39,124 nt of DNA from Reclinomonas americana ATCC 50394 (Eukaryota): positions 45,103 through 84,226 of the forward strand of contig PS015623.1 in NCBI GenBank assembly GCA_048213135.1, given 5' to 3'. A program made the translations under genes and the position numbers. Position 1 is the stretch's first letter. Each line of letters opens with the position of its first letter. This document shows positions 10,566 through 24,300 of this stretch, piece after piece. The notes under the pieces are model-generated. The model had not been told where the DNA came from. It did no database searches and saw only the letters and a program-made list of their open reading frames with translations.

Positions 10566-13500
10566 TCACTGAATCTTGGGACGCAGGATGCCAGTGAATC
10601 TGCACAGCACAACACACAAATGAGTCGTCGGATCGTCCACCGTCCATGTCGCCGCATGGGGTGCACGCAACTTGTCCGGCAGCATCTCAAAGTAGCGGTC
10701 CATGGCCTCGCGGAAGCGCTTCTTGTACGACCGCGGATTCATGACGGTCGGCGCACCTTTGCCACCGCCAATGATACCACTGCTCTTCACAATGTGTTCC
10801 AGTTGCTTGTCCCACGTGTACTGGCGCAGGTAGTCTGCACGAAAAGGGCACACGTTGAGTTGCTTGCGAGCGAGCGCAGCGAGTGGACGAGCAGGTGGAA
10901 CGTAGCGCGCACCGATAATGCCGACCACCAGCTGCTGGCGCTTCTCATCGATGCCCACCAGCAACGAGTAGTCCATGACATTGACTTTGGAGAGGAAGAG
11001 GGTGTCGTTGAAGATGGATAGACTCATGAGCGCCTTGCTGGCCTCGTTCATGGCCAGCGGATTATCCTCGTAGATGACTGCACGCATCGACTCACAGTGA
11101 GCAGATGGAGCGGGAGCGCGCGCACACACATGCTCACGCACACTCCAGCATGTTCTCGTCGAGTTGCACGGCGTCGGACTTGGTCTGGTAGCGATTGCGC
11201 AACGAACCCTTGAGATCGAACGTCTGCACAACAGCAAAAGCACATGAGTTCCACGCTCGTACGCATCCCAACGACATTGTACATCACCTGTGCAATCTGC
11301 CGATCGTAGAACAGGTTCTCCATCACCACCAGGTACTTTTTCACGCTTCGACCGGCTGTCGCGTACTTGACTCTGTACAAGCCGAGGACCTTGACCAGCA
11401 CGGTCGGCAACTGCGCAGCACAACATACACGAGGTGTGAGTGCGTTGTACGTGCGAGCAGACGCAGGAATGCAGACGGAACTTGGTGGAAGAACGCCTTG
11501 GTGAGGTACTCAAAGTACGACAGGCCAAAGTCGAGGAACGACACGAGCTCCACACGCGACACGGACTTGATGACAAAGCGGTCATCTGCAACCTACGCGT
11601 AAGCAAAAAAAGGAAAAGAGAACACAGGCACAGTGAGTGGCATTTGCCGCACCCCATGTTTTCACAAATGTTGAGCCGGACTTGCCGCCGGTCGGCAGCC
11701 ATCTTGCGCATCGCAGGAGACTCTCCTCAAAGAGCACGTCACCACGGCTACAATCCCATCACGGACGACATGAGAAACGACGCACGACCGTAGCCAAGGG
11801 AATTCACAGCTACAACGCAACTGAATGTACTTGCGAAGGGCGGCAAACTGCAGCGGGAAATAGACGTGCACGGAGAAAGCGTCCTTCTTGGTGACGGGGT
11901 CCACCACGGCTGTGCGGGAAGCAGGGCATACCAATGGTAAGCAGGCGCAGAAAGCTACTCTCATTGTCGAACTACAGCGACACGCAACAGTGGCTAAACG
12001 GTGTCTTGTCCGGATTCAGCAACAGACTCTCCATGGCTGAGGGCACGCAGTGTTGAGACGGTCACACACACGAAATGAAGAAAACGGGACGAGTACAACG
12101 CAACTGACGTGATCGGCGGGGTGTGCCGCGTTCACTGGTTCCACTGTCCTCTCGTAGTCTCGAGAACTGCACGGGGGAGGCGGTGAGCTGCATGCACGGC
12201 GGTGTTTCACAACCCATATTTTCACGAACGTGAGCGTGTGAGCAATAAACGACGACGGTTCCTCGTGGTGCACCGGCACCAAGCCCAACAATCCCTCCGG
12301 CAAGTCCCAGTTGAACGACAGCTCCCTGTGAGACGAAGGTAGTTTGAGCAAGGTCACTAGCAGATAAAGTGCCACGTTGTAGCGACGCAACTGTGGGAGC
12401 GACACACTCGGGAACTTGATCTTTTTCAGCATGTGCGAGCGGCGTTTCATGTCTCGTTCGCGCTCGGCGGCTGCTGTGCGTGCGTTCGAAAGAGAGAACC
12501 CGTCGAGTGAGCAATCACAAACGCAGTCGCCGTCAAGTGAACAAGAGAATAACCAACCGAGACGTGCAGCCGCTCCACGAGCCGCACTGCCCGGCAGCGC
12601 TGTCGCTGACGGCACTGCACCAGTGGACACCGATCCGCTCTGCATCACAACCACCATCCTCGTCAGCACGCCGATACATGGCAAGCTAGCACACTCTCAC
12701 GTGGACGAACCATTCCGGAAACCGCAATCTCCACACTATCCAGCAGCGGCTCCGAAGCCACGTCGGGGAGCACCGGTGGCTGCGTATGAGAGCACGCATA
12801 AACATGTCAGCGTCAGAGCACACACACACTCGTGCAGCACACACAAACGCACATCCTCACGCGCGCCCTCCTGCAATCACACGAGCAATCAGTGAGAATG
12901 GGACATCGCAGAACACGATTCCTCCATTTCTTCGTCAACAAACCTCAAAGTCGGCATACGCAGAAATGGTCATGGCGGCAGCACCCTCGGATTCATCGGC
13001 CAGTCCTTCCCGTTCACCAAACCTGTCACTCTGCAACGACGCCAAGTAGTCCTGCATGGAGATGGCCGACTCGCCACCAATCTCCAGCTTGATTTGCACG
13101 CCAGCCGACAGGGCATTCTCAATCATCGTGGGCGACGTGGACAGGATCACCGGGTCGCCGGCATTCAACGTCAGCTGAACGAACGAGTGGTTCCAGTGAT
13201 GAATGTACACGCCCAAAAGTCTGCAACCACACGAGGTCAGCGGAGGCAACGATGATCACGCGGTGTGCGCACCGCACACGAACAAACACACAGAGCTCAC
13301 CTCAACAGTCGACCCATCGACATGAGGTCGTTGCCTTGCGAGCGCGCTTGCCGAATGATGGCGAGCATGTCCACAGTGTGCGACGGGATGAGGAGCTTCA
13401 GCGCCTCGAGTGTGTCCTTGCAGTGCTCGTACGGCTCAGACGCACTCATACGCTCCACCATGGCGTACACGCGCGACAAGATCTGTTCGCAGAAGAAGAG

Positions 13501-15381
13501 AAGTGTCAACAAACGCAACACAGTCGTACGAGCTTCGACGAACTGTACACACACACACATACACACACACACACACCTGCTCGGCAATGATGAACAGCGA
13601 ATTCCACTTCTCCTCACGCTTGTGATGGTGCGTTCGCATGTTGTAGTCGAGAACTGCCGGTGGCACAATGACGCGGCACAGCGACACCTCCTCGTACTCG
13701 AACCGAGCAATCTGCAAGTACATACACCGCGAGTGAGACGTGCGCACATGGAACCTCCGTTTCTCTCGTCCACAGCACGCAACAATGTTGCCCCTGGCAA
13801 AATGGCGTGTCACGTGCCGATGCGCCACCTTGTTCTCGGCCCATGTGCGGCAGTAGACGGTGGTGTTGTAGAAGAGGTTCTCCAAAAACTTGCCAAACGA
13901 ATACTGCAGGCTGCGATCGGAGAGTTTGTTGACTGGCGTCACTTGACGGCCTGTGTCGCGGCACGTGCCCCAAGTCACAATGTCGCGACCATCCGTCAGC
14001 TTCTTCTGCTCTCACAACACACGAAAGTGAGTCGATATCCATCCACAACATGAGCTCGCGTGGCACGAACCGCAGAACGGCGCACTGAGATCGACACTCG
14101 ACCCGATCCGTGTGCGTACGACTTGGTGTGCTGACAAATCTCGTCGAGCGTCTCCTCGTCAAAGCACTTGTGGTTCAAGTAGGTCTCCAACGTCAAGTCG
14201 TTCTCCGAGTAATAAGCAATCTCAATGACTTCCGGACACTCGTCCAGCTCCAGTCGATCGCGCAACTCGCTGTGGCGCACAAGGAAATAAAGCGATGAGT
14301 GTTAAGCACAACGATGCAACACAAGTAAAAAACACACACCTTCCGTCCGACACTGCGCGTTGTCGGTACAAGACGACCAGTTGCTGGTGATGGAACACCG
14401 ACGGCATGTACACTCGGAAGCCGGCTGTTGAACGCGGATACAGATCCACATTGTCGTTGGCCGACAGGAACGGCGAGGGCAAGAAGAGGCCTTTGGTGGG
14501 AATCGGAATGCGAATGTTTGGCGAAATGCTCATCAAATAGTCCGTCGGCACCTCGCCTGATGCGTGCACACACACAGAAGCAAAATCAGCGACGCGACAC
14601 GCACACGTGCTGTTGTAATGGAGACACACACACTCACCCATTTCGAGTGTGACCTCGCGATCAGTAATGGCCTCAAACGACGGGATTCGCGTGTGCACCG
14701 AAGCGGCCGGACTGCGAGCCGACGACTGCGAACCCTGCCCGTCGTCGTCCTCTGCCGTGTCGCCGCCAAACGCAGTGTCATCGGCGAGCGAGTCATGCGA
14801 GCCTTGTCGCACCAACTCCGCCGACACCTCCTCCACCGCCTGCGACACCAACGGCACGACGACCGAGTCGCGACCATCGGCTTTGCCGTCGGCCTCCACA
14901 TCGTCGAGCTAATGGCACGATAGTCATTCCGTGTGAGTCGTAGGGGGGGAGCCGCCAATACAGAAGTGCACACACCGCATTCGATCCGAACACGAAAAGC
15001 GGGACGGCACTGTTCTCGTAAAAGAGATACTCGGTCTCCAGCGACAGGTTGTAGGCCGCGTAAATTGCAAACTGCATGCAGTGCGGCAGTCAGTCCACAT
15101 CTGCACGACGAGCAGCTTGGTGGACGAGACGCAACGCGGAGCAGACGCTTGACAGCACGCAGTGTCTCGTGGTCCGCGCCACGCAGGTTGATGGTGCACC
15201 CGAGATCGGATGGGCAGCCTGCACGCATCAGTCGATAAGTAAATGCGTAAGCGCATTAATACGACGGCAGCCGAGAACGCACCATCAAAGTACAGTAGCG
15301 ACTTGCGGCCCCACTCGCCGGATTCGACCTTGAGACGGAACTCACTGCAAGTGCCCAGTTGCGGATTGCGCAAGGCATCTG

Positions 15382-15418
<37 letters not shown>

Positions 15419-18400
15419 GTCAACACAAATGCACGTAATTACACGACGAGTGTCATCGCGAGATCGTACCGGCCGACGGCAGGATTTCGCCCTCCGTCAG
15501 GCGTGCCACTCGCTCCATTGCCAAACCCTTGGTGTTGAGGATGAGCGTGACACCCGCTTCCAGGAACAAGTCCTGCATTTCGTGGTTGTCAGCAATCACT
15601 ATCGTCGGGTGCTCACAGATCGCGCCACCTTCACCGCACCTGTGCAATGCGTGACACGGATTTCTCCACAATCACAATGTCGGGCTTGAAGCTCAGAATA
15701 CGGTTGACGGTGCGCTTGATGTGCTCGCCCTCCTGCGCAATCACGCGTAAGAATGTGCACAAACGGCAACTCAGACAAGACAGGGTTGCTTGTGACACAC
15801 ACGTACCTGCTGCAGCAGAATGTCGAATGAGGAGACGCGATCTTCGGTGCGCTCGTATCTGTGTGCATGATTGTGATGAGACAATAGGCCAACAAGATGC
15901 GTGCGGAGAGGAGACGCACTCCAGCGCCGACTCGAGGAGCAGAATGCGTGGGTTACGAATGTGGCTCCGCATGCGCTTGTTCGCAATGGTACGATCAAGC
16001 ACCGCACCTGACACGTACTCGCAGTCCTCGAGGCGCATGTGTGGAATGCAGTGGATCTGCATGTGCGAGCGGACATTCATTCAGTAATCTGTAATGATGA
16101 CCACGACGCAGTTGGGGGAAATGTGGGTCACATACCTTGACGTACGCAGTAATGTCCATCTTGTCGCCATCGTCAACGCGCGGAAACACATGCTGGACGG
16201 CCTGGTACGAGAGCGCGAGGATCACATCTGCGGACGTTCCACGAGTGAGCGACAGACAAATACGAGCGCCACGCGAGAAACATAGCAATAAGCGCACCAA
16301 TCCACTGCGTGTCAAGGCCCGCCTCGGCAACAATCTGTGACACCAGACGATGGAAGTGCTGTGACGAGCAGTTCTCGAGAAGTACGCGATGGCGCATGCT
16401 GTCTTCCTCCGACTCTGTTAAAATGCAGATAATAAGCAGGCTGGAGGAGACACACACAGAGTGCACGCGCACATAGACACACCTCGCAGCTCCGACAGGA
16501 ACTGCACGGAAGTTGACTGGCCCAATACCAGCTGATGCTTTCGCGTGCCAAGGAAGCCGCGCAACCCGGCAGTGGTAGCCGTGCCTGCACATGAATATGT
16601 CAGCAAGTTGGTGACACGAACAAGCAAGAATGAAGTGAGGATCCACGCACCAGTGGGCGACGACGCAATGAGATGTTCCACATGTCGCGAGGCCGAGGCC
16701 ACAGAAGACTCCACATTCACTGTCGCCACCTGCACACCCACCACCATCAGCACAAACGAGAGCAGGTGGCGAGAAAACAACGCAACAGCTTCGGGAACTG
16801 CCGTGAGGTCTGTTTCAGACTTGCGCTCGGTGCCCCACCTGCATCGCCACAGAAAAGGTGAGAACAACAATGGCAGGTGCGCGGCAGCAGGACGATCACG
16901 CAACTCGGCCGAGTTGAACTTGTCCGAGTTGCCGGACTCGACCGTGGGAAGACCGACACGCTGCGGTAGATGAGTTGAGTCACAGCATGAAACACGAGAG
17001 TGCGTCTCGCTGTTAAGCAACACACCTCTTCTTGATCGGAAGCCGGTGGAACTGTGCCGTCGGCATCTGTCGGTAGCAGGAGGTGACAGCCGTCAGTATC
17101 AGGTTGAGCATTACACAAGCGCGCCAACTCGGGGCACACAAAACTCGGCAGCACAATGTCAGAGTCCGGGATCAACGCCAGTGTCTCGTCGCGATCCAGC
17201 GTCGTCTTGTTTCCCGACCCACCGAGGTGACTGATGATGGGCGTCGTTCCGGAGAGATTGCCGCCGTCTTCCGACCCCTGCACGTGCGTGCGCCGCAAGT
17301 GGATCTTGCGGTGGCCACCACTGAACTCTTCCTCCTCTGCGCAGCACTGCGAGTAAGCAAGTGGAATTCGTACAGGCCGTGAAGCTGACTGGACAAACCT
17401 CCACCTTCGTCCTGCGTCTCGAAAGAGTCAATCATGCGGCGCCTGCAGCGCCACGATGACGGTGAGTGAGTGAGTGGGAGCACAGGGGGAAACGTGGCAA
17501 AGGGATGATGAATACCTGCTGGCATTGTTTGCCGGTTCCTCCGATAATCTCGCCTCCGAGTGCGCACTGCTGGTCGGTGACGTGACAGTGGTGGCGACAG
17601 GTGCGGTCGACGAGTCGTGCGACATGAGCAGCTGAAAGCAGTACGAACAGACGCGAATGTTGCCCTGGTAGCCGTACGGAATGCCACTGATAAACACATT
17701 GCTGCACTTGCCGCAAAAGATCTGACCGCACACACGGCAGTGGTGCTTGCGCTTGAACACGCTAAACTGCGCGTGACACTCGTAGCAGTTCCGCGCGCTC
17801 TCGTCCGGCATCCAATACTCCTTCATCTTTTGCTTCGAGCCCAGCGCCTTGAGCCGCTCAATCACCTCCGACATTGGCGTTCGACTGTCGCGTTCCGTCG
17901 GCACACGCGACGGCCGCCTCGTCTGGTCCTCCACCAGCAACGAGCCCTTACTGCCACCAGAAGCACATCAGTGCGCTGTGGGAGACAGAAGCGCGAGCAT
18001 GCAAAGATAGACGCAACGCATCCAGCGACGACAGTGTTCCACTCCGATGCCGTGTTCTCACTGTCACGCAAACACATGCATGCCCAACGAGTGAGCACTG
18101 TTCTTGCGTCTGTCTGTCTCTCTCTGTCTCTCACACACACACACCTGCATTTGGTGCATCAGGCGACGCTCCTGCCGCCGCTGCTCCTCCTGGCCCGGAC
18201 GCTGCGGCTGTCGGCGTCATAGTCGGCGACTGTGCCGACTGCGCAGAGAGCGGAGTCACATTGGAGGTGTGCAGCGGAGCCAGTCTCGCCATCAAAGTCG
18301 GAGTCGTGGTGGTGGTCTCTGTGTCTTCATCACCGCCTCCTCCTCCGCCTCCGCCACCACCAGAGCCGCCTCCAGCACTGCTGATGTCGTCCTTGGAGAA

Positions 18401-18582
18401 GAAGCTGTGTGCACAATGAGTGAGCGAGTGTGTGTGCGCGAGTGTGTGAGAGAGAGAGACGGAGGATACCCTTTGAGACGAGACAGCAAGCCGCCCTTCT
18501 TCTGTTGCTTCTGTTTGCGCTCCTCGCGTGCAATCAGGTCAGAGAAGTCGGTGAGACCGCCGTTATCGCCGGCGTCGGCCAT
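10566..18582 (-). CDS. FAB1: 1-phosphatidylinositol-3-phosphate 5-kinase FAB1/PIKfyve (~41 introns)
   Basis: FYVE domain (YWMPDESARNCYECHAQFSVFKRKHHCRVCGQIFCGKCS), CCT/TCP1-like domain (KRMRSHIRNPRILLL, KPDIVIVEKSVSRIAQ), the SFGKFLE region, and PIPK domain motifs GGKSGS, DDRFVIK, MENLF, FDLKGS, DYSLLVG, GIIDYLRQYTWDKQLE. Confidence 0.96.
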
Positions 18583-18681
18583 GGAACGTGAGCACACACA
18601 CTCTCTGAGAGAGTGCAAAGAATTGCGTCTGTGACAATCGCAATCACTGCGAGCCCAATTGTCATACCCACGCACACGACG
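18583..18681. promoter_or_regulatory. Putative bidirectional promoter between FAB1 and ESF1 (99 bp between ATGs)
   Basis: Head-to-head start codons at 18582(-) and 18682(+). Confidence 0.6.
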
Positions 18682-21204
18682 ATGAGCGAGCGGAGAAAGA
18701 GCAAGGCGGCTGAGAAGGCGCCGAGCAGTGGCCAGAAGACGAAGAAGAAGCTGAGCAAGCAGCAAGCGATACAACGAGGTGAGAGAAAAATGGTGCTTGC
18801 GCGGCCATGTGCACATTCACATCACCAACTTTTTTCGTGTGCAGATTTGGAAGCGCCGATCATTCGTGATGAGCGATTTGCGAGGATTCACACGGATCCG
18901 AGGTTTGCAGAGCGACCGGCGAGTCGAGCGCACTTGCAAAAGGTGGTGATTGATCCGCGTTTCCGGGCGGTGTTGGAGGACGAGCGCTTTGTGTCGAAGA
19001 GTTGCGTCATCACTCTCGTGATTGGGGGGAAAGAGTGGTTGTTGTTGATGATGATGGTGTGGCTTGTGTAGCTCGCGTGGACAAGTATGGTCGCGTGGTG
19101 GACAACGACAAGGCGCGGAAGCGAATGGAAAAGTACTACACGATTGGCGAAGAGGAAGAGAAGGATGATGAGGAGGAGGAGGAAGACGAGGAAGAGCAGC
19201 AGCAGCCAGAGGATGAAGACGAGGATGGGGAAGAGTTGGATGTTGATGCGCTGAAGCGGGCACGTTATGAGGGATTCGTGGGCGGCGACAGCGATGACTC
19301 GTCGTCGACGTCGGAGGCCGAGTTGTTTGCCGACGATGTCGACAGCGAAGATGAGGATGAGAGCGATTTGTGGAAGGTTTTGGAGGAGGATATCCCGCAC
19401 GGTGATGAGACCACGCGATTGGCCGTCGTCAACTGCGACTGGGATCAGATCAAGGTACTGTTGGTGTTGGGGGATGACCGCTGTTGTGGCTCTGTCGCTC
19501 GCCTGCTGATCGAGAGTCGTGGTGGTGCGGTGGTGCACAGGCCAGCGATCTGTTCATGGTCTTTTACAGTGTGTTGAAGGATCCTTCGTCGTTGCTGTCG
19601 GTCACAGTCTACCCTTCCGAGTTTGGTTTGCAGCGGATGGCCGAGGCGAGTAACCCCCACCTTCACCCCCACCCGGCTTGTCGCTAGTGCCTCATGCTCA
19701 CGCTGTTGTATGCTCACGCTGTTGTGTGCTGCTGCAACTGCAGGAGACTGTGAAGGGCCCGCTGATCAGCAGCAAGTCGAAGAAGGCACCGAGCACCGTC
19801 GTCACACAAGAGTTGCATTGTGGTCTCTGGTGGTTTTCTTTCTGAGTTTTCTTTGTTGCTCACGTTGGTGTGTGGGGCAGGGCACTGAACCGAGCGGGTG
19901 CCAAGGGCAAAGAGAGCGATGACGACGATGATGCGAACGACAGCGAAGGCGAGGACCACGTGGAACGAGCACGCAGCGATGACGGAGACAGCGAAGATGA
20001 TGATGATGGTGACGACGAGGAGATGGAGGTGGATGAGGAGGACGATCGCAGAAAGAGGAGAGGCAGTGGCCGCGGCAACAACAGTGGTTCAGATTTCAAC
20101 CCGGTGAAGCTGCGCAAGTACGAGTTGGACAAGCTGAGGTTGGTGTTGCATGGGCATTTGCCAAAGAGTGGGCATACTTCTCATGCACACGCCCGTGCTG
20201 CTAGGTACTATTTTGCCATTGCCGAGTTCACCACCGTCTCCGCCGCGCGACAAGTGTACTCCGAGTGTGATGGCTCGGAGCTGGAGAAGACCGGCAACAT
20301 TCTTGATCTGCGCTACGTGCCAGTCGGCACCGCTTTCAAGCAACCCGCGCGGTGCGTAGGCTTGCCTGCTTGATTCGTGTGTGTGATTGCACCAGCTGCT
20401 GACCCCACCCCCCGCTGTCGTTCTAGTGACGCGAGCACATCGCCAGTGACAAACTACAAGCCGCTGGACTTCCACACGGCGGCGTTGCAAGACAGCACTG
20501 TTGAGCTGACGTGGGATCGCGACGACCCACTGCGCAGCACGGTGCTCAGGAAGCGTTTCACGGACGAAGACATGCGGGACATTGATTTCAATGCGTATAT
20601 CGCCTCGTCGGAATCGTCGGAGGGGGATGATGAAGAAGACGGTGTGAAGGAGGATGACGACGGTGGCAATGCAGCAGTAGCAGCTTCGAAGAGCCGGGAG
20701 CGCAACGAAAAGATGTTGAAGAAAAGGAGAAAGGGCAAGGATGAGAAGGACAAGGCTGTTGCGTGTGACTGTTGAAAACCGAAACGTGTTCACTGCCATG
20801 CTCTGTCGACTCAATGTGTGTCGTGCAGGCAAAGATGGAGGCGGAGCGCAAGAAGTACCAGGCGCTGCTTGCCAGACTGGCCAACGACGACGCCTACGAT
20901 GCGTTTGCCGACGGCAATGAGGAAGACTTGAAGCAGATGGATGGGCAGCATGATGCGGAAGATCAGCAGCACGATGAAGAGGAGGAGCCGGCGGACAAGT
21001 TTAGCGAGCGCGAGTTCAAGGTGGTGTCCGGCATGGACGATCTGGAGGAGCGGCTGCTGAAAAAGGCTCAGACCGGCACTCTTGGCAAGACGGAGGATAC
21101 GCGCACGGTGTGGGAAAAGTACTTGGCTAGACGCTCTGAGAAACGCAAGGATAAGAAAGAAGAGCGACGTTCTCGAGTGGCTGTGCTGCGGGCTGGCGGG
21201 CAAG
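18682..21204 (+). CDS. ESF1: ESF1 pre-rRNA processing protein (3' end lost in gap); 8 introns seen
   Basis: Motifs DERFARIHTDPRF, VDKYGR, TRLAVVNCDWDQIKASDL, VTVYPSEFGLQRM, LRKYELDKLRYYFAIAEF, CDGSELE...LDLRYVP, ALQDSTVELTWD and AYIASS, plus acidic tracts. Confidence 0.93.
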
Positions 21205-21273
21205 NNNNNNNNNNNNNNNNNNNNNNNNNNNNNNNNNNNNNNNNNNNNNNNNNNNNNNNNNNNNNNNNNNNNN
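21205..21273. other. Assembly gap (69 N)
   Basis: Ns in the sequence. Confidence 1.
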
Positions 21274-21316
21274 CTCTGTCACACTCTGTCTCTCTCTCTA
21301 TCTGATCCACCCACAG

Positions 21317-24300
21317 CTGACTGCGCGGCAACGTGTGACGATCGTGGCCAACAACAAGGAACGCTACGAGGTGGAGCCTTCGGTGTTTGAAGTGCTCGGT
21401 GGCGAGTCACACGACTTTGAGATCAGATTACGCATGCTGCAGGCACCGCGACAGGAGAAGAGTCTCTACAAGGGTACCGCACACAGTCGCTCCATCGCCC
21501 CAATGGAAGCAGAGAGTGCTCATGCATTGTTCATCACAGATCATTTCCAGGTCAAGCTCGGTGCTGGCGAGGTGATGGGACTGTCGGCCACGTTTCGCGT
21601 CGCCGCCGCCACCGAGTCGACCAAGGTTCTCTGTGTGTGTGTGAGCAGTAGAATGTATTGTCACTCGTCACGATCGCTCACCGCTGTGTGGCGTGCAGCA
21701 TCGATCGGAGACGGAGCGGCTGCATCGACAAGTGCAGCGACTGACCGACGAGATTGGCCGACGCGATCGTCAGCTGCAGGATCAGGAGTCGTTGCTGGCG
21801 CAGAAGCAGGAGCGACTGGATCGGTTGGCCGAGGTCAATCAGGATCTGCAGTTGCAGCAGCAGCATCACCAGCAGCAATCGGTGTGTTGCTCGGCGTCGC
21901 TGTGTGGTTGATGCGTCGGCTTCTCATCGCTTGTCGTAGGTGGCGGAGGCCGAGGCCGCCAATGCTGCCGAGTTGCGTATTCTGCGTGAGCGTCTCGATC
22001 AGACCATGGTGGATGCGGAGACGTACCGAGAACAGCTGGAGACGGTGACGGTGGTGCACGAGGAGATGCAGCGACAGTTGCAGGCCACTCATCCCGACGT
22101 TGACCGCCTGGTGGAGCTGTCGTTGCAGCGCGAGCGGCAAGATATGGAACGCAAGAGTCGCCAGGTGCTGGAGATTCTCAAGGCGCACGATCGCACCATT
22201 GAGACGCTGCGAACGGACGTGGCCACCAAAGATGAGCAGCTTGCACGCGAGTCCGAACGGGTGCACCGCTTGGAGGAGATGCTGGAGCAGTCGCAGCGAC
22301 GAGTCGAAGTGCGTCGCTGTCGTTGTCACAGGCGTGAGCGTTTGTGTGGTGATGGTGGCGGAGGCTGACGTGCACGCACGTGTGACGCAGGCGGTGCTGC
22401 AGGCCAAAGTCGAGGAGTCGAAGCACTGGGAGCAACTGCTGGCGCAGCGGGAGCGCGAGGTGCAGCACCTTACAACGCAGCTGGCGCAAGCGCAACGAGA
22501 GGTTCTCGTTCTCAGTGGCGAAACCGGCGAGGGCGATGATGATCCGTGCGTCTAACCTTATTTGGCGTCCTTGCATCCGAGTTGCTCATCTCGACAACAC
22601 ACAGAGCGTCCGGCGCCGGTCCCAGTGGCATCAATGTGCACGACTCGATGCGACAGCTGCGCAAGCGACTCACCGAGTGCGAGCGGGAGAATGCAGCCAT
22701 GCAACGGGAGCTGTCGATCCGGCAGACTCGCATCTCGCAGCTGGAGTCGCAGGAGGCGGATTTGTTGACGCGTTTGGAACGACAGGCGAAGGAGTGGAGC
22801 GCCACAGCTGCAGAAGCTGCCGCCACCAAGGACATTCGCATTCAGCAGCTGGAGGAGCGCCTGCGTGCACAGAATGGACAGGTGACTAGTTTATGCGGGG
22901 AGAGGAAGTGTTTTGTACTGCAAATCTGATGTGTGCGTGCACAGGTCGACGAGTTGCTGGCGCAGCTGGGCGAGAGTGAGCGCAAACTGGAGCAGTTCCA
23001 GACGCAGTATTCGTCGCACTTCCAGAGCGACTACATCCATCAGCTGGAGCAGCAACTCGGCAACGAGGCTGATCGGAGGAAGCGCATGGTGACGACGATG
23101 CGAAGCACTCTTGACGCCATCGACATGTACTGTGAACAGCTTGAGGTACGTGTGCGTGTGTGCACACGATGCTCTGCTGACTTGCAAATCCCCAGCCTCA
23201 CACGTTGATGGCACAGAAGTCGCGCAAGGGAGCACGAGCACGCCCACCCTCATCGCGTGATCCGAGTCCAACCGCCGCTGCCAGTGACAAGTGCGTTTGA
23301 CGGCAAACTGGGCGTGTGTGTGTGTGTCATGTGCGCGTTCATCAAGCTGACCTGTCGACACAGGAGTGCCATGGGCACGCTCGTTCGTGCACGTCGTGTG
23401 CTCTTTGATGCACTGCAACAAGACGACGGAAGCGCAGGTGGCAAGACTGAAGACAGCAGCAGTACTGCCGCCGCAGCCGCAGCTCCGCCGTCGCAGACCG
23501 CACAACCCGCCCCACTGGTGGGACCACCAAAGCCGAGTACGCGCTCCACCTCTACATCGCCACTGCCACAGCCGCCAGCCCCAGCTCCACCAATGGCGAG
23601 GAGGCCACCACCGTCGACGACAGAACAAGATGGCGTCGTTGATCAGCAGCGTCGTGAAATCCACACGTTGCGCATGCGCATCGGGCAGCTGGAGGCCGAG
23701 CTGGCCGACAGACCGGCGGCACCACCGGCTCATCTCAGTGCCTCCACGGGATCACTGCCCAGCAGTCGACGGCGCGTGGCGTTCCACGACGCAGCCGCCG
23801 CCGCCAACAGTGATGATGAGGGTGAGTGTGGGGTCGCATTCCAACCCGAAAGCCATTCGAATGGTCCTGAACGGGTGGTGGGGACTTGAGTAGGCGCCAC
23901 CGTGCGAGCAGCGTCTCTTCAGCGCACAGTCGACCGCCTGCAGACGGAGTTGTCGCTGGTGCAACTCAGCGAGCAGCGAGCCGTGCAGAAACTCACAGAG
24001 GTGGAGAGCGAGCTGGAGGAGATGCGACGCTCACGCAACCGAATCGCCGGTCTGCACCATGTGGGTGCCTCGGCCGACGGTCGTCATGCTGGTGTGTCGT
24101 TTTCGGTGGGGTACGGCAGCAACAGGTGGTCTCACGCGTGCGTGCGTCATGCAGACGACATTGATAACCACCTGGCGGTGCGTGTCGGCGAGCTGGATGT
24201 GGCACGCGGCGAGCTGAGTGACACCGTCGGTCGTTTGCGCCGCGAACTGGAAGGGCGGGTGCGACAGGTTGGTGATTGTGGCCAGTAGCAGACCGTCCTG

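Noticed and set aside
17951-17975. In-frame TGA in FAB1 suggesting stop-codon reassignment or selenocysteine
   Set aside because: It disappears when the downstream GGCAG acceptor is used. TAA, TAG and TGA all terminate genes in this window.
18405-18469. U12-type-looking donor GTATCCTC in FAB1 intron 1
   Set aside because: It is an imperfect match to GTATCCTT with no CCTTAAC branch site. It follows exon G like ordinary donors and is a single case.
19001-19071. Reading shifted donors as non-canonical TT-starting introns (AG|TTGCGT)
   Set aside because: Keeping the frame would need cleavage one base past the AG acceptor in every case. GT-AG boundaries already give correct phase and motifs.
21972-21978. 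GTTGCGT after A within the coiled-coil gene
   Set aside because: It sits in continuous coding sequence (AELRILRERL) with no intron-like tract after it. The motif also occurs inside introns (e.g. 13513-13519 minus), so it is not sufficient for splicing and these copies were not counted.
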